Below the pieces are notes generated by a model. That model was not told where the DNA came from. It did not search any database and saw nothing but the letters and a program-made list of their open reading frames with translations. The translations under genes and the position numbers were made by a program. This document shows, piece after piece, positions 1 to 14,223 of a stretch of 64,000 nt of DNA; the first letter of the stretch is position 1; the number at the start of each line of letters is the position of its first letter. Origin of the DNA: Psilocybe cubensis (taxonomy: Eukaryota); NCBI GenBank assembly GCA_017499595.2, contig CM039007.1, positions 2,542,001 to 2,606,000 on the forward strand, read 5' to 3'.

Positions 1-105
1 AAATGACTCACTTGCTTAGACTCGATCGGTAGCGAAGCTTACCGAAAGCACTAAAACAATTAAAAGCCTTGATAGACCTGAAGTCCTACCCGTTTTCTCT
101 TTGAT

Positions 106-950
106 ATGGAGTCAAACACAGCTCATATTAAAGCGACAAAGGTATCAGGTCAGACTGTGGAGGAAGCTCAGGCAGAGACGACCGCTCAGAAAGCATCTAC
201 CGATTGCGAGTCGGAGGTCAATCAGTTTCCGCCCATCCCAGTTCCAAGTCTATCAAAATGGTCGACACCTGCCATTCCCGAAAATGCGTGGTGTTCTACC
301 GATTTCATGACGGGTGCTGGGATGGTGGTTATCCAACAAAATACGGAGAAGATAATAGTGTTATATTCAACGATGATGGATTATTGGTTTTTTCCCCGGG
401 GCCGAAAGGACATCGGCGAGTGCATCGAGCAAGCTGCATTACGAGAGGCTCATGAAGAAGTGTGTCTATCTCCTGACCAAGTATCGGTTGTGTTTGATGC
501 ATGTTATAGTCGGGTTATCGAGTTCACTTCCTTCCTGTGGTCAATCCGACCCGCCAGCCCCACCCAACATTTACAAATGGGAACAACCAGACCGTGCTCA
601 ACACGGAACCAATATTTATGACCACCACGAACAAACCCCCCGGGGAAAGTGGTCCTGATGATTACGGGAAGGTATACCTGACTTTGTGGTTCATAGGCCA
701 GATACCGGAGGATGCTGTAAGTACCTTTTGAATAACTGCTCATGCAGCGAATTTTGACCGTAAGGAACTCGAACACCAGAAATTCGAAGCCGGAACACGC
801 ACTGATGAAGAATTTCACTTCGAGACACACTTACTCTCATATGATGAAGCCGTGAAGAAGATTTGGTATAGCGAGCGCCCCGTCCTAAAATATGCATGGC
901 ATGTCTATCAAAAGACACTCGAGTTTACACGGAGTGTGCCTCGCGATTAA
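106..950 (+). CDS. NUDIX hydrolase (3 exons)
   Basis: The spliced reading gives the Nudix box GRKDIGECIEQAALREAHEE|SGY. Introns lie at about 460-509 and 717-779; stop TAA at 948-950. Confidence 0.85.
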
Positions 951-1154
951 ATCGCATGAGGTCGAAATCGGCCAAGTTGGCTTATTTTGCAATCATAAAC
1001 GTGTATTTCGATATATAATACGCACCACAAATCATATCCCAAATAGCCAGAGAATGATGCAACGACAAAGTCAGGCTTCAACAAAGAACAAAACCCATAA
1101 AAGAAACCAAGGAAAGCTGTTGAAGTCCTCCGAGAGGGTAATAAAGACCGACAT

Positions 1155-2490
1155 CTATAGTCCAATGAGTGATTTCAGCCTATTGACCATCAAAGATCTT
1201 GACTTGACGAGGCGACAGAACCAATCTCCAAGAACAATTCCCCACAGAACGTCGAAGAATGCCACACCACCGTTCTGAACAATAAAGATAGGTGAATCGA
1301 CAGGGGTATTCAGGAACGGGCGACAATGCTTACTTTTCCTATAGTAATGACAATAATTTCTCTTGATCCTTTATAAGGCGATAGGGGTTTGTTGTGGATG
1401 GAGGCGATTATGTTCGCCGCTACAATGTTAGCTTGGTTGATCGACTTCATGTATTGCTTCTGTTCAGCATAATCAATGGCATCTCCGACGGCATATATAT
1501 TGGGATGGTTCAATAGTCGCAGAGTAGGTGCGACCTTGATATACCCATTTTCCGTTAACGCGTCGGAACCTAATGATTTGGCGATAAATTCTGTGTTGGG
1601 TTGGGGACCTACAGTCGATATCTATAACCACCATTTGACATCATCCCCTGCTATCGTCATGTATGGCAGACGTACCACTAGATCTGCTTTGATGACTTTT
1701 CCGCTTTTAGTCTTGATGGTGCCGTTTTTAATCTGGGTATCTTCAACATATTCGCCAAAGATGAGTTCGATGTTGCGTGCAATTAACCGACTTTCCAACG
1801 CCCGTCTGAACTTGTCCGGATAAACCTTGTTCAAAACCATCCCTGCGGCTTGAACTATGGTGACTGATTTTTTCTGTAGATTACAACAATGAGGTGATGG
1901 GTTACAATCGTTAACAGAAGCTGATGAGCGTACCGGGTAAACATCAGCAATCTCGCCAGCGAGTTCTACAGAGACAATCAGCTCATAGTTTGGAGGCAGA
2001 TTTTATCCATACCGATAGCAACTGCCCCAGCACCGACCAGGACGATGTTCTGAGCGGCTTCGATGTTGGCTCTGCTGGCATAGAAATAGTCTCGAATGTT
2101 GTTATTCGGGAAAGCAAAGGGTGCAGTCCATCTTGAACCAGGCGATAGGACCAAAATGTCGTACGGAATGCGCTCTTCGTTGGACAACACCACAACACCA
2201 CCATTCTCGGATTTTTCGATCCCAGTGACTTCTGCTTGGATGAAGGTGCCGTTATTCTTGGAGAAGACGTCCTTCAGCGGTACGAGGATTCGCTTTTCGA
2301 GGTTATTGGGGTTGGAGACAACTGCTCTTGCCGTTGCAGGCAACAAGATAAAGTCCGGACGTGCGTCTATCAGAACGATGTTGAACTTTGCTGTATCTAG
2401 CTTGGTAGAAAGTGAGTGAGCGACCCGTGAGCCTCCGGCACCACCGCCCACGATAACGATGTTTTTGCGGTCGTCGTTCTTTTTTGACAT
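1155..2490 (-). CDS. AIF/AMID(FSP1)-like FAD/NAD(P)H pyridine nucleotide-disulfide oxidoreductase
   Basis: Two Rossmann motifs (IVIVGGGAGG; IVLVGAGAVAIE), YDILVLSPGS and NIYAVGDA. The last exon reads GVAFFDVLWGIVLGDWFCRLVKSRSLMVNRLKSLIGL*. Confidence 0.88.
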
Positions 2491-2929
2491 TAGTGAAATT
2501 GATTGAGGAAGATATCATCCATGTGTTATGCCTCTACTTGACGATGTTCGTCGTAAACAAAAATTGAAATATTTTTGAACCATCGTCACCCGTGGGCCGA
2601 TATGAAGAAATGCTTGGCAGAGAAGAAAAAATAAGCAAAATTAGTCAAAGAAAGCATGTGATTGTATTATGTATATATTAATAGTCGTAGCCCCTGATTG
2701 AAATGATCCAATAATGTCAGAGTTCCGTAGCGTGTTCGTTATCACTTGTTGCCAGACTCAAGTAGCAAGCCTCACAAGTAAGGCATAGGCTCTATATCAT
2801 AGGGATCAATTAGAATATTAATATAATGCAAACACACAACCTGTTCGGTATCGAAATTGAATGGACCATAACAAAAGTCCACAGTCACCAGCCTTTAGTA
2901 CGAGATGTCTATGATGATTAAGAGCCGCA

Positions 2930-5368
2930 TCACTGCAAAGAATCGAGTTTTGACCCTTGTGAGGATACGAGGGAGGGTGCAGGCGTGTCTGGAAGAGGTG
3001 TCAGTTGTTCCATAGAAACACGCGAAGAAGATTCCAAAGCATCATTTGGCCATTTGCGAGAATCCAACAGGTCCCACCACGCCTTTGAAAATCTTTTAGG
3101 GTTTCTATATTCGTAACCGAGCTGTTCTTCGATGGTACGGTCAGATATTCTGTGATCGATGGTACGTCGGCGGTATTCACATATGGTGTCGCACATGGAG
3201 CGAAAGTGATTTTTTGGGGAGGCCCATTGGCTGAAGCGGAAGCCGTCAGGCTTGGTAGCAGCGTACGCAAAGACAGACGAAGTGTAGAAGAACAGGCTCG
3301 GGCGACAATGTTCTGGGGTCCACAGGACCATTTCTGTTCTCAGAGCTTCTTCTATATAGACGAATATAGACTGGTAGGTGTCGCTCAAGCTTTTCAAAGC
3401 ATCCCCGCATTCAAAGGCGTCTAGAGCGCAATGGGCGGAGGTCGTTAAAAACGGTTGAATGATCTCGCGCCGTACCAATGCATTATTGACAATCGACGTT
3501 GGATCAGAGTTTTCTTGGATCTTCTGTAACAGGATTCGAGTGAAATCGGCAATCGGTGTAGCATAAGCTTGAAATCGCTCAGTTCAGTATAATACGTTGA
3601 GTGGTATTAAAGCTGGAGTAAATACCTGAAAATTCGTCCAAGTTGTACGGCAATTGACCAGTCCATACATCAACTATTAGCCTGAATCTAAGGCATCTCG
3701 GAATGCGGTTTAAATCCTTTGGGACAATCACATCCTTGTTATGGAATAAATAGGTTAAGAGGCGGATCCTAAGCTCGGTCTTCATGCTGGTGGCAATACC
3801 ATGTTGACGATAGAATAGGAATGCCTCCACATTTTGTTGGTGCAAAGGAATCGATAGTCTTTTTACAAGGGCATGCAGATTCAAGGGTGCCTGGTCAGCA
3901 ACCACCCACTTGGGCAGCAACACACCGTAGCGGGATCCTAAAAGATCATGAAGGTGTGAGCTTTGTAGACAGAAATCGTCGATGCTCTGGAACATCCCGC
4001 GTGTGATGGAAGGTTTCAACATTTTCTGAGAGATCTCGGTGAAAGAGTAATACGCCGCAGAAAACAAATCATCTTGTTGACTTTGCTCGCGTAGACCGTG
4101 TATGATATCATGGATTGGCACAGTCTCTAGTTCATCATGGCCACGCTGGCTTATCGAATGCTTAAAAACGTCCCGCATGTAATAATCACGCAGGGCAACC
4201 CATTCCAAATCAAAGTCGGTCCATTTTGGATACAAGAACGAACGCATAATAGGGTATTGAACAAGGTTGTTTATTGGTTTAAAATCTTCTGGTTTGGGGG
4301 TTGTCTTCCGAAAGCGAGGCAAAAACACTCCAGGAGCATATCGGTAGTGCAAACGGCGCAAGTATCGGCCTATCCTATGCCGCAGTTGATGCAGAGTGAT
4401 CCCAAGGTTTCTGACCGCGCGTGCCTGAGGAGATTTATAAGGACACTGGCTGGGTGGCCTGTTGTATATCTCTTCTGGATACAATGCTCGTTCATCCCCA
4501 GAACCAGAAGGGTAATGATCCTTGTGTGTTGCGAGTCTGAGGGAGAGCACAAACATCTGAAGCCATGGAAGTATGGTTGTCGCAACAAGAAAGATCAGGA
4601 CAACGCCAATAATAACAGTAACTGGGATGGTGACATCTAGGTGCCCAATCGCATGCAAAAAGTCGATGGTTCCCCCGAAAAAAAGAATCAAGGCCGACTG
4701 GAGGAGCAATGGCAAGCTCGTGAAAATCTTGGGAACGTGCCACGTCTTTAATCCATCGGCTCTCATCATGAACAAGGCATACTTTTGGCGAGACGTGAGG
4801 TTCGTCGAGTAGGACTGGTGCTCTCGCAGCCATTGGAGAGCGATGATACCCACGAGGACCGTGGTCAGACTGAGAACAAGACTGATGAACCAGAAGGTGT
4901 TGACTCTGACAGCTGAAGGCGTTGGAGAGAACGGAAGCGGCACGAGGGGAAGTGCTGTAGAATTAGAGCGGGAAGCGCCGTCGATATGTATTGCAATGTT
5001 CGACAGAAGAATCAAGATTGTATCGTTCGGATCCGGCTGCAAAGATTTGTATGATTCTACAATGAAAGCCGTGACTACAGCAGAGAACAGTCCAGCCTCA
5101 CAAAACTTCGTTACAATTCCCTCAGACTCGAGCACAATGAAAGAAAACTCACGAAAATAAGAAGGTTTTGTACCTCGTCTTTCCATGAATCGCAGCGCAT
5201 TTTATCGTTCTTCAACAATGGCTTCAAAAGGGTCTCCCATGGGTCGCCTTCTGGCCTTGGAGGAGCATGCTTCAGTGGATCATCGAGATTCCAATAAGGC
5301 GGAGCTTCTTGGAAATCATTTTCGTTTGCCTGAGTATCGGGGGTATCTGGACTATCGTTGGAAGACAT
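2930..5368 (-). CDS. DUF6535-domain multi-pass membrane protein (Agaricomycete-expanded family)
   Basis: Family-typical WKDEVQNLLIF|AGLFSAVVTAFIVESYKSLQPD, VNTFWFISLVLSL...QWLRE and LPLLLQSALILFF. Two introns join the three ORF-track pieces in frame. Confidence 0.8.
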
Positions 5369-5796
5369 GGTATTGGCACAAAGGCATCGGGTTCAACTTG
5401 CCATCTGAACATTTCGACTTCAGACTGTCAGTCGGAGTTCTGGCAAAAACCGAGGCATATCGCCGTAGTAATCCCTGGCTTTTGGGTTGAGGATGATCGA
5501 TGAATCCTTCAGTACCTGTATTGAAGATGAACGTTGGTCGTAAGAGCAGTAAGAAGAGGATAAAGGTCACGCAGGGATTGGTGTTGTTTACACCACCTTA
5601 TTTGGTTGATGATACGTACGAAATTCAATGAAGTGCAACTCAGCTTACTGGGGTCTCCAGATGTCCATAGAAGTTAGAACACATAGAGCAACGAAACAGC
5701 CGGTGCCTTCTTACCGTAGTGTTCACCTCAGGAAGGTGTGCTGGAATCTAGGATTACATTGACGTCTCGGCCATGAAGTACAGCAATATGAATGGA

Positions 5797-7594
5797 CTAG
5801 TCTACTTCTATCACCGTACCGCGCTGCACACTTCCCCATCCTACAATGAAAAAGAAAAGTAATACGTCAACAAGAGTCGAGCGATGAAACCCAGGAAAAT
5901 TAAGACGTACCGACAAGACGCCAATGCTTCTCAATACGACGTGAAAGCGCGACCTTCTCGCCGATCTCAGTACAGGCTGGCGATGTCAGCTGAATCTTGG
6001 CCAAATCAGCCTTGACGCTGACGACACGTCCACCGGTCGAAGTCGATCCGATGTTGATGAGCAGCAGCTCGTTTTTAACGAGTTTCGAGACTTTGGTCTG
6101 CTTTTTGTCTTCGGTTTTCACACCGAGGAGACGGCGGAGAAGGAATAAGCTAATTTCCAATTCTGTAGGCGGCAACAAACCAATAAAATCAGTCGTGATT
6201 TGTGAGGCGAACGGAAAATGCAACACCAACCGGTATAAATTTTTGGAAGTTTACCAACAGCACCAAGAACTTGACCGACAAGACGGTCAGCTCTGCAAAG
6301 TGTAGGGTCAATCCTTGTGCCGACACCAATGAGGCCTCCGGGGACGGCGAATGACAAGAGATTGTTTTCGGCGTGAAGGGACATAATTCGGCTGAAAATG
6401 GGCTTGCATTTGTTGCGCCCAGCGCTATCCTTTGTGACGACACCTGGACGGATCTCGACTTCAAGGCCAAGTCTTAGGACTCCAGTGAGGATGGAACCAC
6501 CAGCTACACCTCCCTTAAGTTCGTCGACCTCAGCACCGGGTTTGTTGACATCAAATGAACGAATAACGATAAGGCGGGGATCTGAAAGGAAGTCGCGAAC
6601 GGGGATGGGGATGCGCTTAACAATGTATTCGTTGACGGCGTCAATGTTATACTTCAGCTGGGCGGAAATGGGGACAATGGGTGATGATTCAGCCACAGTT
6701 CCTGTAGATCAGCCGCTCAGTAACTCAGAGTATGAAGGGGGGAGGACATTGACGCACCCTTGACGAAAGCAGCGATACTCTTCTGGTGCTCGAGGGCCTG
6801 TGATTCCTTAATCAGATCGACCTTGTTTTGCAGAATGATAATATTCTCCAGCTTCATGATCTCGACAGCAGCAAGATGCTCGGAGGTCTGAGGCTGCGGG
6901 CAGGTTTCATTTCCGGCGACAAGCAACAAGGCAGCGTCCATGACAGCGGCTCCGTTCAACATGGTGGCCATCAGAATGTCGTGTCCGGGACAATCGACGA
7001 AAGAGACATGGCGGACGAGCTTCATTCTGTGGCCACATCCTGGGCGTTCACAAGGAGGATTGTCCTCCTTGGATGAGGGGTAGGATCGGTAACATCCTGG
7101 CCGCGGGCATGCTTCGTTTTCGCATTTGTAGATCTGCAAAGACGATTAGATGATCTGCCGGATTGTCGACACTGATGCAGCAGGACGCACTTTAGCATTA
7201 GCGTATCCAAGCTTGATAGTAATATTTCGGACCAGTTCGTTCTTGAACCTGACCGTCATAACTCCAGAGATGGCCTTGACCACCGTCGATTTTCCGTGAG
7301 CGACATGACCGATAGTGCCTGTGATCAAAATTCGATAAATTTCATCTTATAGAAGATGGAATTGACTAACCCAGATTAATTGTCGCCTTTCAATGCCCCA
7401 TATAAGCCCTACAAATTCGAGAAAAGATCTTCAAGTATGCGCACCTGTTTCGAGATAACCTCCGGAGAGAGAGGCGTTAATGTGGTAACATCGACATCGA
7501 CTGTCGGGATCTCGTCCATGACCTCGTCCTCATCGTCCTCCTCCTCTGACTCAGACTCCTCTTCGCGCTTTTGTAGTGTCTCGTCGCCTGGCAT
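5797..7594 (-). CDS. GCD11: Translation initiation factor eIF2 gamma subunit
   Basis: [17 protein letters not shown] (P-loop), [37 protein letters not shown], and C-terminal [24 protein letters not shown]. Confidence 0.97.
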
Positions 7595-8546
7595 GGTCTC
7601 TGGTCGTAGGATCTGGGCTTTGTGTAGAAAACGGACGACAGGTTTTAGACTTTTGTGATAGATACGCTGCAAATGGTGACTAGAAAATTATAAGCGGAGT
7701 TTCAATTTGATGATTATCGAACCGAAACTGCACGCCAGCTGGTGTGCTCTCTCGTGAATCCATGTTGTGTACCGTCTTCAATCAAATGTAGGGTATAAAT
7801 TTCGCCATTGATATTCCGACGACTTCCACATAGGTTGCACATTGACTAACTTTACAGACTTTGCACGCTCACGCAAGTCATAGTTGTGGCCTTGTCGGCG
7901 AAGGGTAGGTAGTCCAAAGATATATGTTGGCCTTTTCTCTCCTAAAGAAATCTGATGTGATGTGCCTTCAGGCATTAACTTGCGTTGGCTATACAACTTC
8001 TGAATCAGGGCTGTGTTTTACGAAGTAGACCCTATCTTCTGAGAACTCCATTGCAACTTTTGTATTGCATATGCGCGAGGTCGTCGAGCTCGGAGTCTGA
8101 CGAGCCAAGACCAAGGCAGTCGGTCACTCTTGCCTTCTCCTGAGTAGCGGCTCCACGGCCATTGCAATTTTGCTCTACATTATGGGATTGATGGCCTGTG
8201 ATGGTGGCCAATCCGACATCAAGACATAATTTTTCGGAGTCAGCCCCTGGAAATATGCAACAAATTCCGGCGTGGTCTATCATGACGACCCCGGCACTCT
8301 TTTTCTTATCCCACTTGCACCATCTGCTGCGCGCGAACTATAATCAAGGTCTATAGCCGTGCTGGCGTCCAGCGCACGCTGCCCTAGCTATATCAGACAA
8401 AGAACCCGACCACCGTAACGACGGGGAGGACGACTTGGGTCGCGAATGCTATTAGCGCATCCAGTGAGCAGTGTTGCCTTATCAAACCCACAATCTCGAC
8501 ACTGAAGGCAATAGTTACGCGTTGAGGGACCAGTGGCAGCTCCATA

Positions 8547-10268
8547 ATGAACGCTGACACCTTCCGTTATATGGGCGATGCGGTCAAAAACGCTCGATAT
8601 GTCCGACTAGATTTGGGTATCTGGATTATCAGTCAATCTCTTCTGGTGCGTACATTTTTCTATCCAGGACTTCCAATGCCTCACAACCAAAACAAACCCG
8701 TATTCAGTTGTACGACTACCTCTGCACCCTCAAATCCGAAGTGAGCTCTAGCCCCTGTCCCACGCATTAGAGTCGACATTGATATCTCTTTCACTGTGTA
8801 GGTCGAATTCGTGTGGCCGTGTCCATGGTCCATGGGCGTCCTTCTCTTCTACCTCAATCGTTACCTGCCTCTCGTCAATTTTGTTCTCGTCATGTATGGC
8901 AAGTCGCATCTTCTCTGTCGACCTTGAAGTCCGTTTTGATATTGAAATTGCACATGATAGCGAAATTTACCCCTATGCCGGCCAAGGTACCTACATCATC
9001 TCTTTTGATATCCCTGTTTCCGTTTGTTGACTAATCAATTACAGTCGTGCGGATATGTGGCTCCCGCTGTACTATGTGAAAATTTTGCGATTCAACACCA
9101 TCTCATACTCTGACTCACATTAATTCGTAGGGTTAACTACTGGTAGTTTGCTGGCATCCCAAAGTATGACCAATTCATTTGCATATCTTTCCGTAAACTC
9201 ATATTGGATTCGCAGTTATTATTGTTCTACGCACCTACGCAGTTTGGGGACGTCGGCGCTTGATTTTTTACATCCTCATACTTTGGATCCTTGTAAGGAA
9301 ATTGTAACTTAATTTCATCCGAGGATATCCAAGATGAATCCTTTTTCCATAGGTTTTTCCTGGAACGATGGTTGTCCTTGGCGGTATAGTTACACACGAT
9401 ATACTCAGTATGATTGTCAAGTTTCCTTCATGAAGGTAGCGATGGCTAATAAATACATAGAACGGGCTTCAGAGCTGCCTGCGAACCTGACCCAGAAGAT
9501 GACTTGTTCCACAAATTTCCAAAACGCGTATGTGGGGATCCTTATTTTTTACATTATGATCTTCTCCGGTGAATTTGGTGTGTTTTTACTACTTTAGTGC
9601 CCTGTTTGAAGCTGAATATAGTGTCGATACGCAGTCATTGTAGTATTGACTGTCATCAAGGCAAAACAGCATAGTAGGACTCCTTGAACGCGTACTCATA
9701 TATATATCTGACTAATGTTGACTTATAGTGAGGATACCGTCTCCTTCATGGGTCCGTGGACTGTACAAAAATGGTATTTTGCAATGTGCTTGCATGATGG
9801 GTAATTTCTTGCGTTTTGCTTCTCCAATGTTTTCCTTGACAAAATACACAGGTTTTAGCCTGTTAAATTCGGTGATAATGTTCAAAGGGACGGTGAGTGA
9901 TGTTCGGAAGCAGAAACGCCATTTAGCGCTCAATCTTTTTTATTTTCTTAGGCGGGAATCAAGATGAGCATCGTACCGTTAGTCACCGCTACTCATATTT
10001 ATATCGAGTCCTAAGTAACCGGCCATATTTTTCATACAGTATTCAATGCAACCTGCACTCCGTTTTCTGCAATCGCGTCATCTTCCTTCTCCTAAAGCAC
10101 CGACGGTCCCAAATGCATGGACCCGCAATCGAGGACCGGCACCGACAATCGGGGACCTTGTACATATTTACCACCGTTCACGAGGATGTCGACGATACCT
10201 TCCACCTGCAGCCAGAGGAAGAAGAATTCAGATGGCAGGCGCGAGCCGAGCGGGAGTGGATCCGATGA
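8547..10268 (+). CDS. DUF6533-domain multi-pass membrane protein (many short exons)
   Basis: Spliced LYDYLCTLKSE|VEFVWPCPWSMGVLLFYLNRYLP, then IIVLRTYAVWG and LHSVFCNRVIFLL; stop TGA at 10266-10268. Internal exon boundaries are partly uncertain. Confidence 0.75.
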
Positions 10269-10841
10269 TGTCGTTTAGATGAATTCAGAATCAACAAATC
10301 ACGTCACAGGCAGCCCTTGGTGTTCGACAATTTGAATGTCGATTATGAGTTTAGTGGTGCCCCACTGTAACGTAGGCCTACCCGCTGCCGTCCTGACATC
10401 GGATATATCCACTGGGTGGAGACGAGAAGGTGTGATCCAGCACTTGACATTAGAATTGGGCCGAACACCTTGATTTTGGAAGGAGCCCATGGTCATTTCC
10501 GTCGGAACTAAAATGTCCGCCATCTGGCATTTAGCAGTCAGTTTCTCATTGTATTTCTCATATATTTCCCTTCCCTGGTACTGTCTAGTGTATTTGTTCC
10601 TTAGGATGTGCCCTGCCATGCCCCTATTTCATTTCGTGTAATCTATTTGAATTTTCATTTGTTTTCCGTGCCGATAAAATCGCAGGAGTACGATTTTGAT
10701 CCATGACGTTATGTTTTATTTATGTCATAGGTCAAGCTTTTTCTTGAAAAGAGTTTCGAACCTGGTCAGCTGGATTGAAATTGTCTTTGCCATTGTATTC
10801 CATCCAACTCGCTGCTTCTATCGTCTCTGTATTCGCCCATC

Positions 10842-11464
10842 ATGTCTCAATACGAATGTGAGTAGTATTTCCTGTTCGATGGATATAACAAGTCTTATAT
10901 ACACATTACCCTACAGTTGATGCCAAATTTCCAGGTCAGTTGAAAAGTGGGCTTCCGCCATCGCCTACAATAGAAAATCCAGGTCGGGTAAGCTTCTAAA
11001 TCTTAACAAACCTGGCGTTATCTCAAGGATTTACGTTCACATCCCAAGGTTTTCCCCCAATCTGATCCAAGCAAAGGCAAGTCACGCTGCTGCACCCTGT
11101 GGAAAGTGTTATGAATGTTGTTAATCATTTCCCCATTTCCTCTGCCCTCTTTCTTTCAAATTTACCGAATGCAGCTTCCGCTACCCCTCCGAGGCGTATT
11201 ACTCCTGAGACCTATGTCGGAAACCCTTTCATGATGAATGCTGCTTTGGACAAGCTCGACCACGCATTTTCTGAGGTCATATCGATATTGGAACAGGAGA
11301 GTAGCTCGCAGGATCTCGAAACCGGAGACAACGTGCTGTTAAACAGATTCAAGAGCTGGAGAGATGAGCTGGAAATGATCAGGTTGGGGGAAGAAGATCT
11401 GTCGTTCCCTCAGCGTCTCGCTTCGCCGCCAGCACAAAATGAAGGAGGGTTGTTTGCTGATTGA
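10842..11464 (+). CDS. Small uncharacterised protein (about 140 aa, 4 exons, one GC-AG intron)
   Basis: Exons splice in frame as MSQYEF-DAKFPGQLKSGLPPSPTIENPGR-VFPQSDPSK-ASATPPRR...EGGLFAD*. No recognised domain. Confidence 0.6.
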
Positions 11465-12431
11465 AAATGCTGCATTTTTTTGAGTATGTGTCCTGACTTA
11501 CCTTCGCATTCACTGCCAAATAGATCAAACTAAACTGATTAAAGTGTACAGCTTTGATGTTTTTACATCGCGGACTGTGGTATATATGGCTGGTGTATCA
11601 TTGAAATACATCTCTCCATAATGTGAAGATTGAACTTGATCTCTATATTGCATTAGGCTCTGGAACCATGTCATTCCATTTCCAAGGCCGAAGACCGTCT
11701 TTGCAAAGGGTTCATAACCAGCACCAGCAATTTACTATGTGGAGAAGTACCTTCTTTCCTTGTCAACTACCATAAAGCCTGTCTGAACGCTGTCTGAACT
11801 TTGCTATCATATTAAAAATTAAAGTTGTCGCTCTCGGGACGGCGGAAGCGACATGTGTGGGTAATGAAAACTCACAACTCTAACCCTTTTGTTCGCTTAC
11901 TCTCAAGAGAAGAGTAAATGACCTAACCCAAATTTGTCCCTGACTCAATCGCCTTCTAGATGATCGATTCCTTACGCGTGCCCTTGGTTCATTCCCTACC
12001 ATGCAAATCAATACGAGGTTCCCCTGAAATTACCAAGTACTGTCGAATACACCGTCAAGACCATTGATAACCCGTGTGATACAAAGCGGCCGTCGGCGAT
12101 TACACGGCATCTCGCACCTGTCGTCCAATGAAATCACACGTCCAACAAACACTTTGGACGCCTGGAATTAAAAAAAAATTGCATGGCAATAGAAAACGAT
12201 ACCTTTTTTTCTGGAATATTTGCACGGAAAACGATTCCCTATCAAGCTTCCGCTGGCCACATGTGCCAATGAACTTTTCCCGGTTCGGGATGTAGATCTT
12301 AGAGCAAATATAAGCAATGCATAACCCACACGCAAGCCCGCGTTTTCCTCTGGCACAGTATATCGCCCCCCTTTTTTTTGCACTGCTCAGCTTCAGACCG
12401 TTGTCTTAGTCTAGTTAGCCATTTTACCACA

Positions 12432-13939
12432 ATGTCATCATCTGGAAATTCAGAATCGACACAATACCGACTGCCCGACCTTCTTCGAAATTGGCCCTGG
12501 ACTCGGCATTTAAGTCCTCACTATGCTAGGGCTAAAAAGGAGTCAAGTGCCTGGGTAGCCTCTTTCCGCCCGTTTAAATCTAAGGGCCAAAAGGCATTCG
12601 ATGCATGCGACCTTAGTGCGTAACATCATACTATGTTTGAGTCATAGTTTGACCTATGCTTAACGAAACGCGACGCGTCTCTTCCAGATTTGCTGGCCAG
12701 TTTGGCGTATTCAAATAGAGACGAAAGTAGGGTTGCTTTCTATCGCGAAGTGCGAGACATCAAAATCCTCATGCTGCATTTTTTTGTTAAACAGACTTCG
12801 TCCGTGCGGGATGTGATCTCATGAACTTCTACTTTGTATACGACGAATACACCGACATCGCGGACGCGTCAGTCGCCAATGAATTGGCTACAATCGTTAT
12901 CGAAAATATGACGGAAGATTCTCTTGACCAAGACGTGCCCTCAAGCTCCTCGACGCACATCCTGGGACAAATGACACGACAGTGCGCAACATTTTCTCCG
13001 TAAAAACTTACCCTGCACTAACACCATTGTAAAATCCTACCAGATTTTGGAAGCGGGCCTCCACACTCGCCAAGCCAGGCTCGCCATGCTTCGCCCACTT
13101 CATCGCCACATCTGAGCGTTACCTGCGCGCAGTCTCACTCGAAGCTGAAGACCGCGCTATGCACCGCGTGCGCTCGTTCGACGACTACTTCATCCTGCGT
13201 CGCGACACATGTGGCGCGCGCCCAACATTAGCGCTCATCGAATTCGGCCTGGATCTTCCCGAAGAAGTCACGTCGGACCCTGTTATACAGGCGCTTACCC
13301 AGGACGCGGTGGATCTGATCATTCTCGTCAATGTGCGTGTGCTATTTATATCTCTCCCAACTTAATAAAATTCGTGTGCTGAATTTTACTGAAAAACGAA
13401 AATAGGACATGCACTCGTACATCCGCGAAATATCGTGCGGCCTCGCGGACCACAACGTCCTCACGCCCATCATGCGGGACTACAACCTTGACCTACAATC
13501 CGCCCTCAATTGGATGGACACTTACACCTCCCGAGTTATTGAGCGCTTCCTCTCCAACCAGGCCCGTATGCCCTCATGGGGTCCGGATATCGACGCGCGT
13601 GTGAGGATGTACATCGACGGGCTGGGCCAGTGGGTCAGGGGGAACGACGACTGGAGCTGCGAGGGAAAGCGGTATCATGGGAGTGATGGTCTGGTCATTA
13701 GGGACACGCGGATGGTCACTATCTGTCCGAGAAAGGCGAACTATATTCAGGAGGACGAGAGTACGGATATGGGCGCTACCACGGCTCCTGGTTCTAAGTC
13801 AAAAAAACTCGGCGGTACATCTTCCAGAACCAAGTTGGATAGGATTCGCATGGAGATCCAGAGCTGGTGGTATATCAACTTGGTACAAGGACTGTTGTTC
13901 AAGAATATGGCGAGGAAGTTCCTGGCATGGAAGATATAA
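12432..13939 (+). CDS. Class I terpene cyclase (sesquiterpene synthase), 5 exons
   Basis: YRLPDLLRNWPW, Asp-rich RAGCDLMNFYFVYDEYTD, effector RRDTCGA, NSE motif N|DMHSYIRE and WSCEGKRY. Confidence 0.93.
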
Positions 13940-14223
13940 AAGATGTTCTACATTAGTTATTTTCTCTCATTTGACAACATTGTACAATATAGGGGCATTA
14001 ACACAGCTCACAAACTAACTAGGATCTGGCTTGACATAGGGGTAGTTAAATAGTGTATACAGTGTAAACGACGAAATGTTCCAAAATTGTGCGCAGCGAT
14101 ACATAATTCATTCAAGAAGTCACAGATTACAAGAGGTATTCAACCTGCCGCAAAAACTAAAGCAATAATGTGCATACGCAAAGACAAGAAAAGTCTATAC
14201 ATACAAGGAATAAGTTAAACAAA

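Noticed and set aside
8032-8283. 83-aa minus-strand ORF between eIF2-gamma and the DUF6533 gene
   Set aside because: No motif, splice support or coding signature; it lies in a divergent promoter region.
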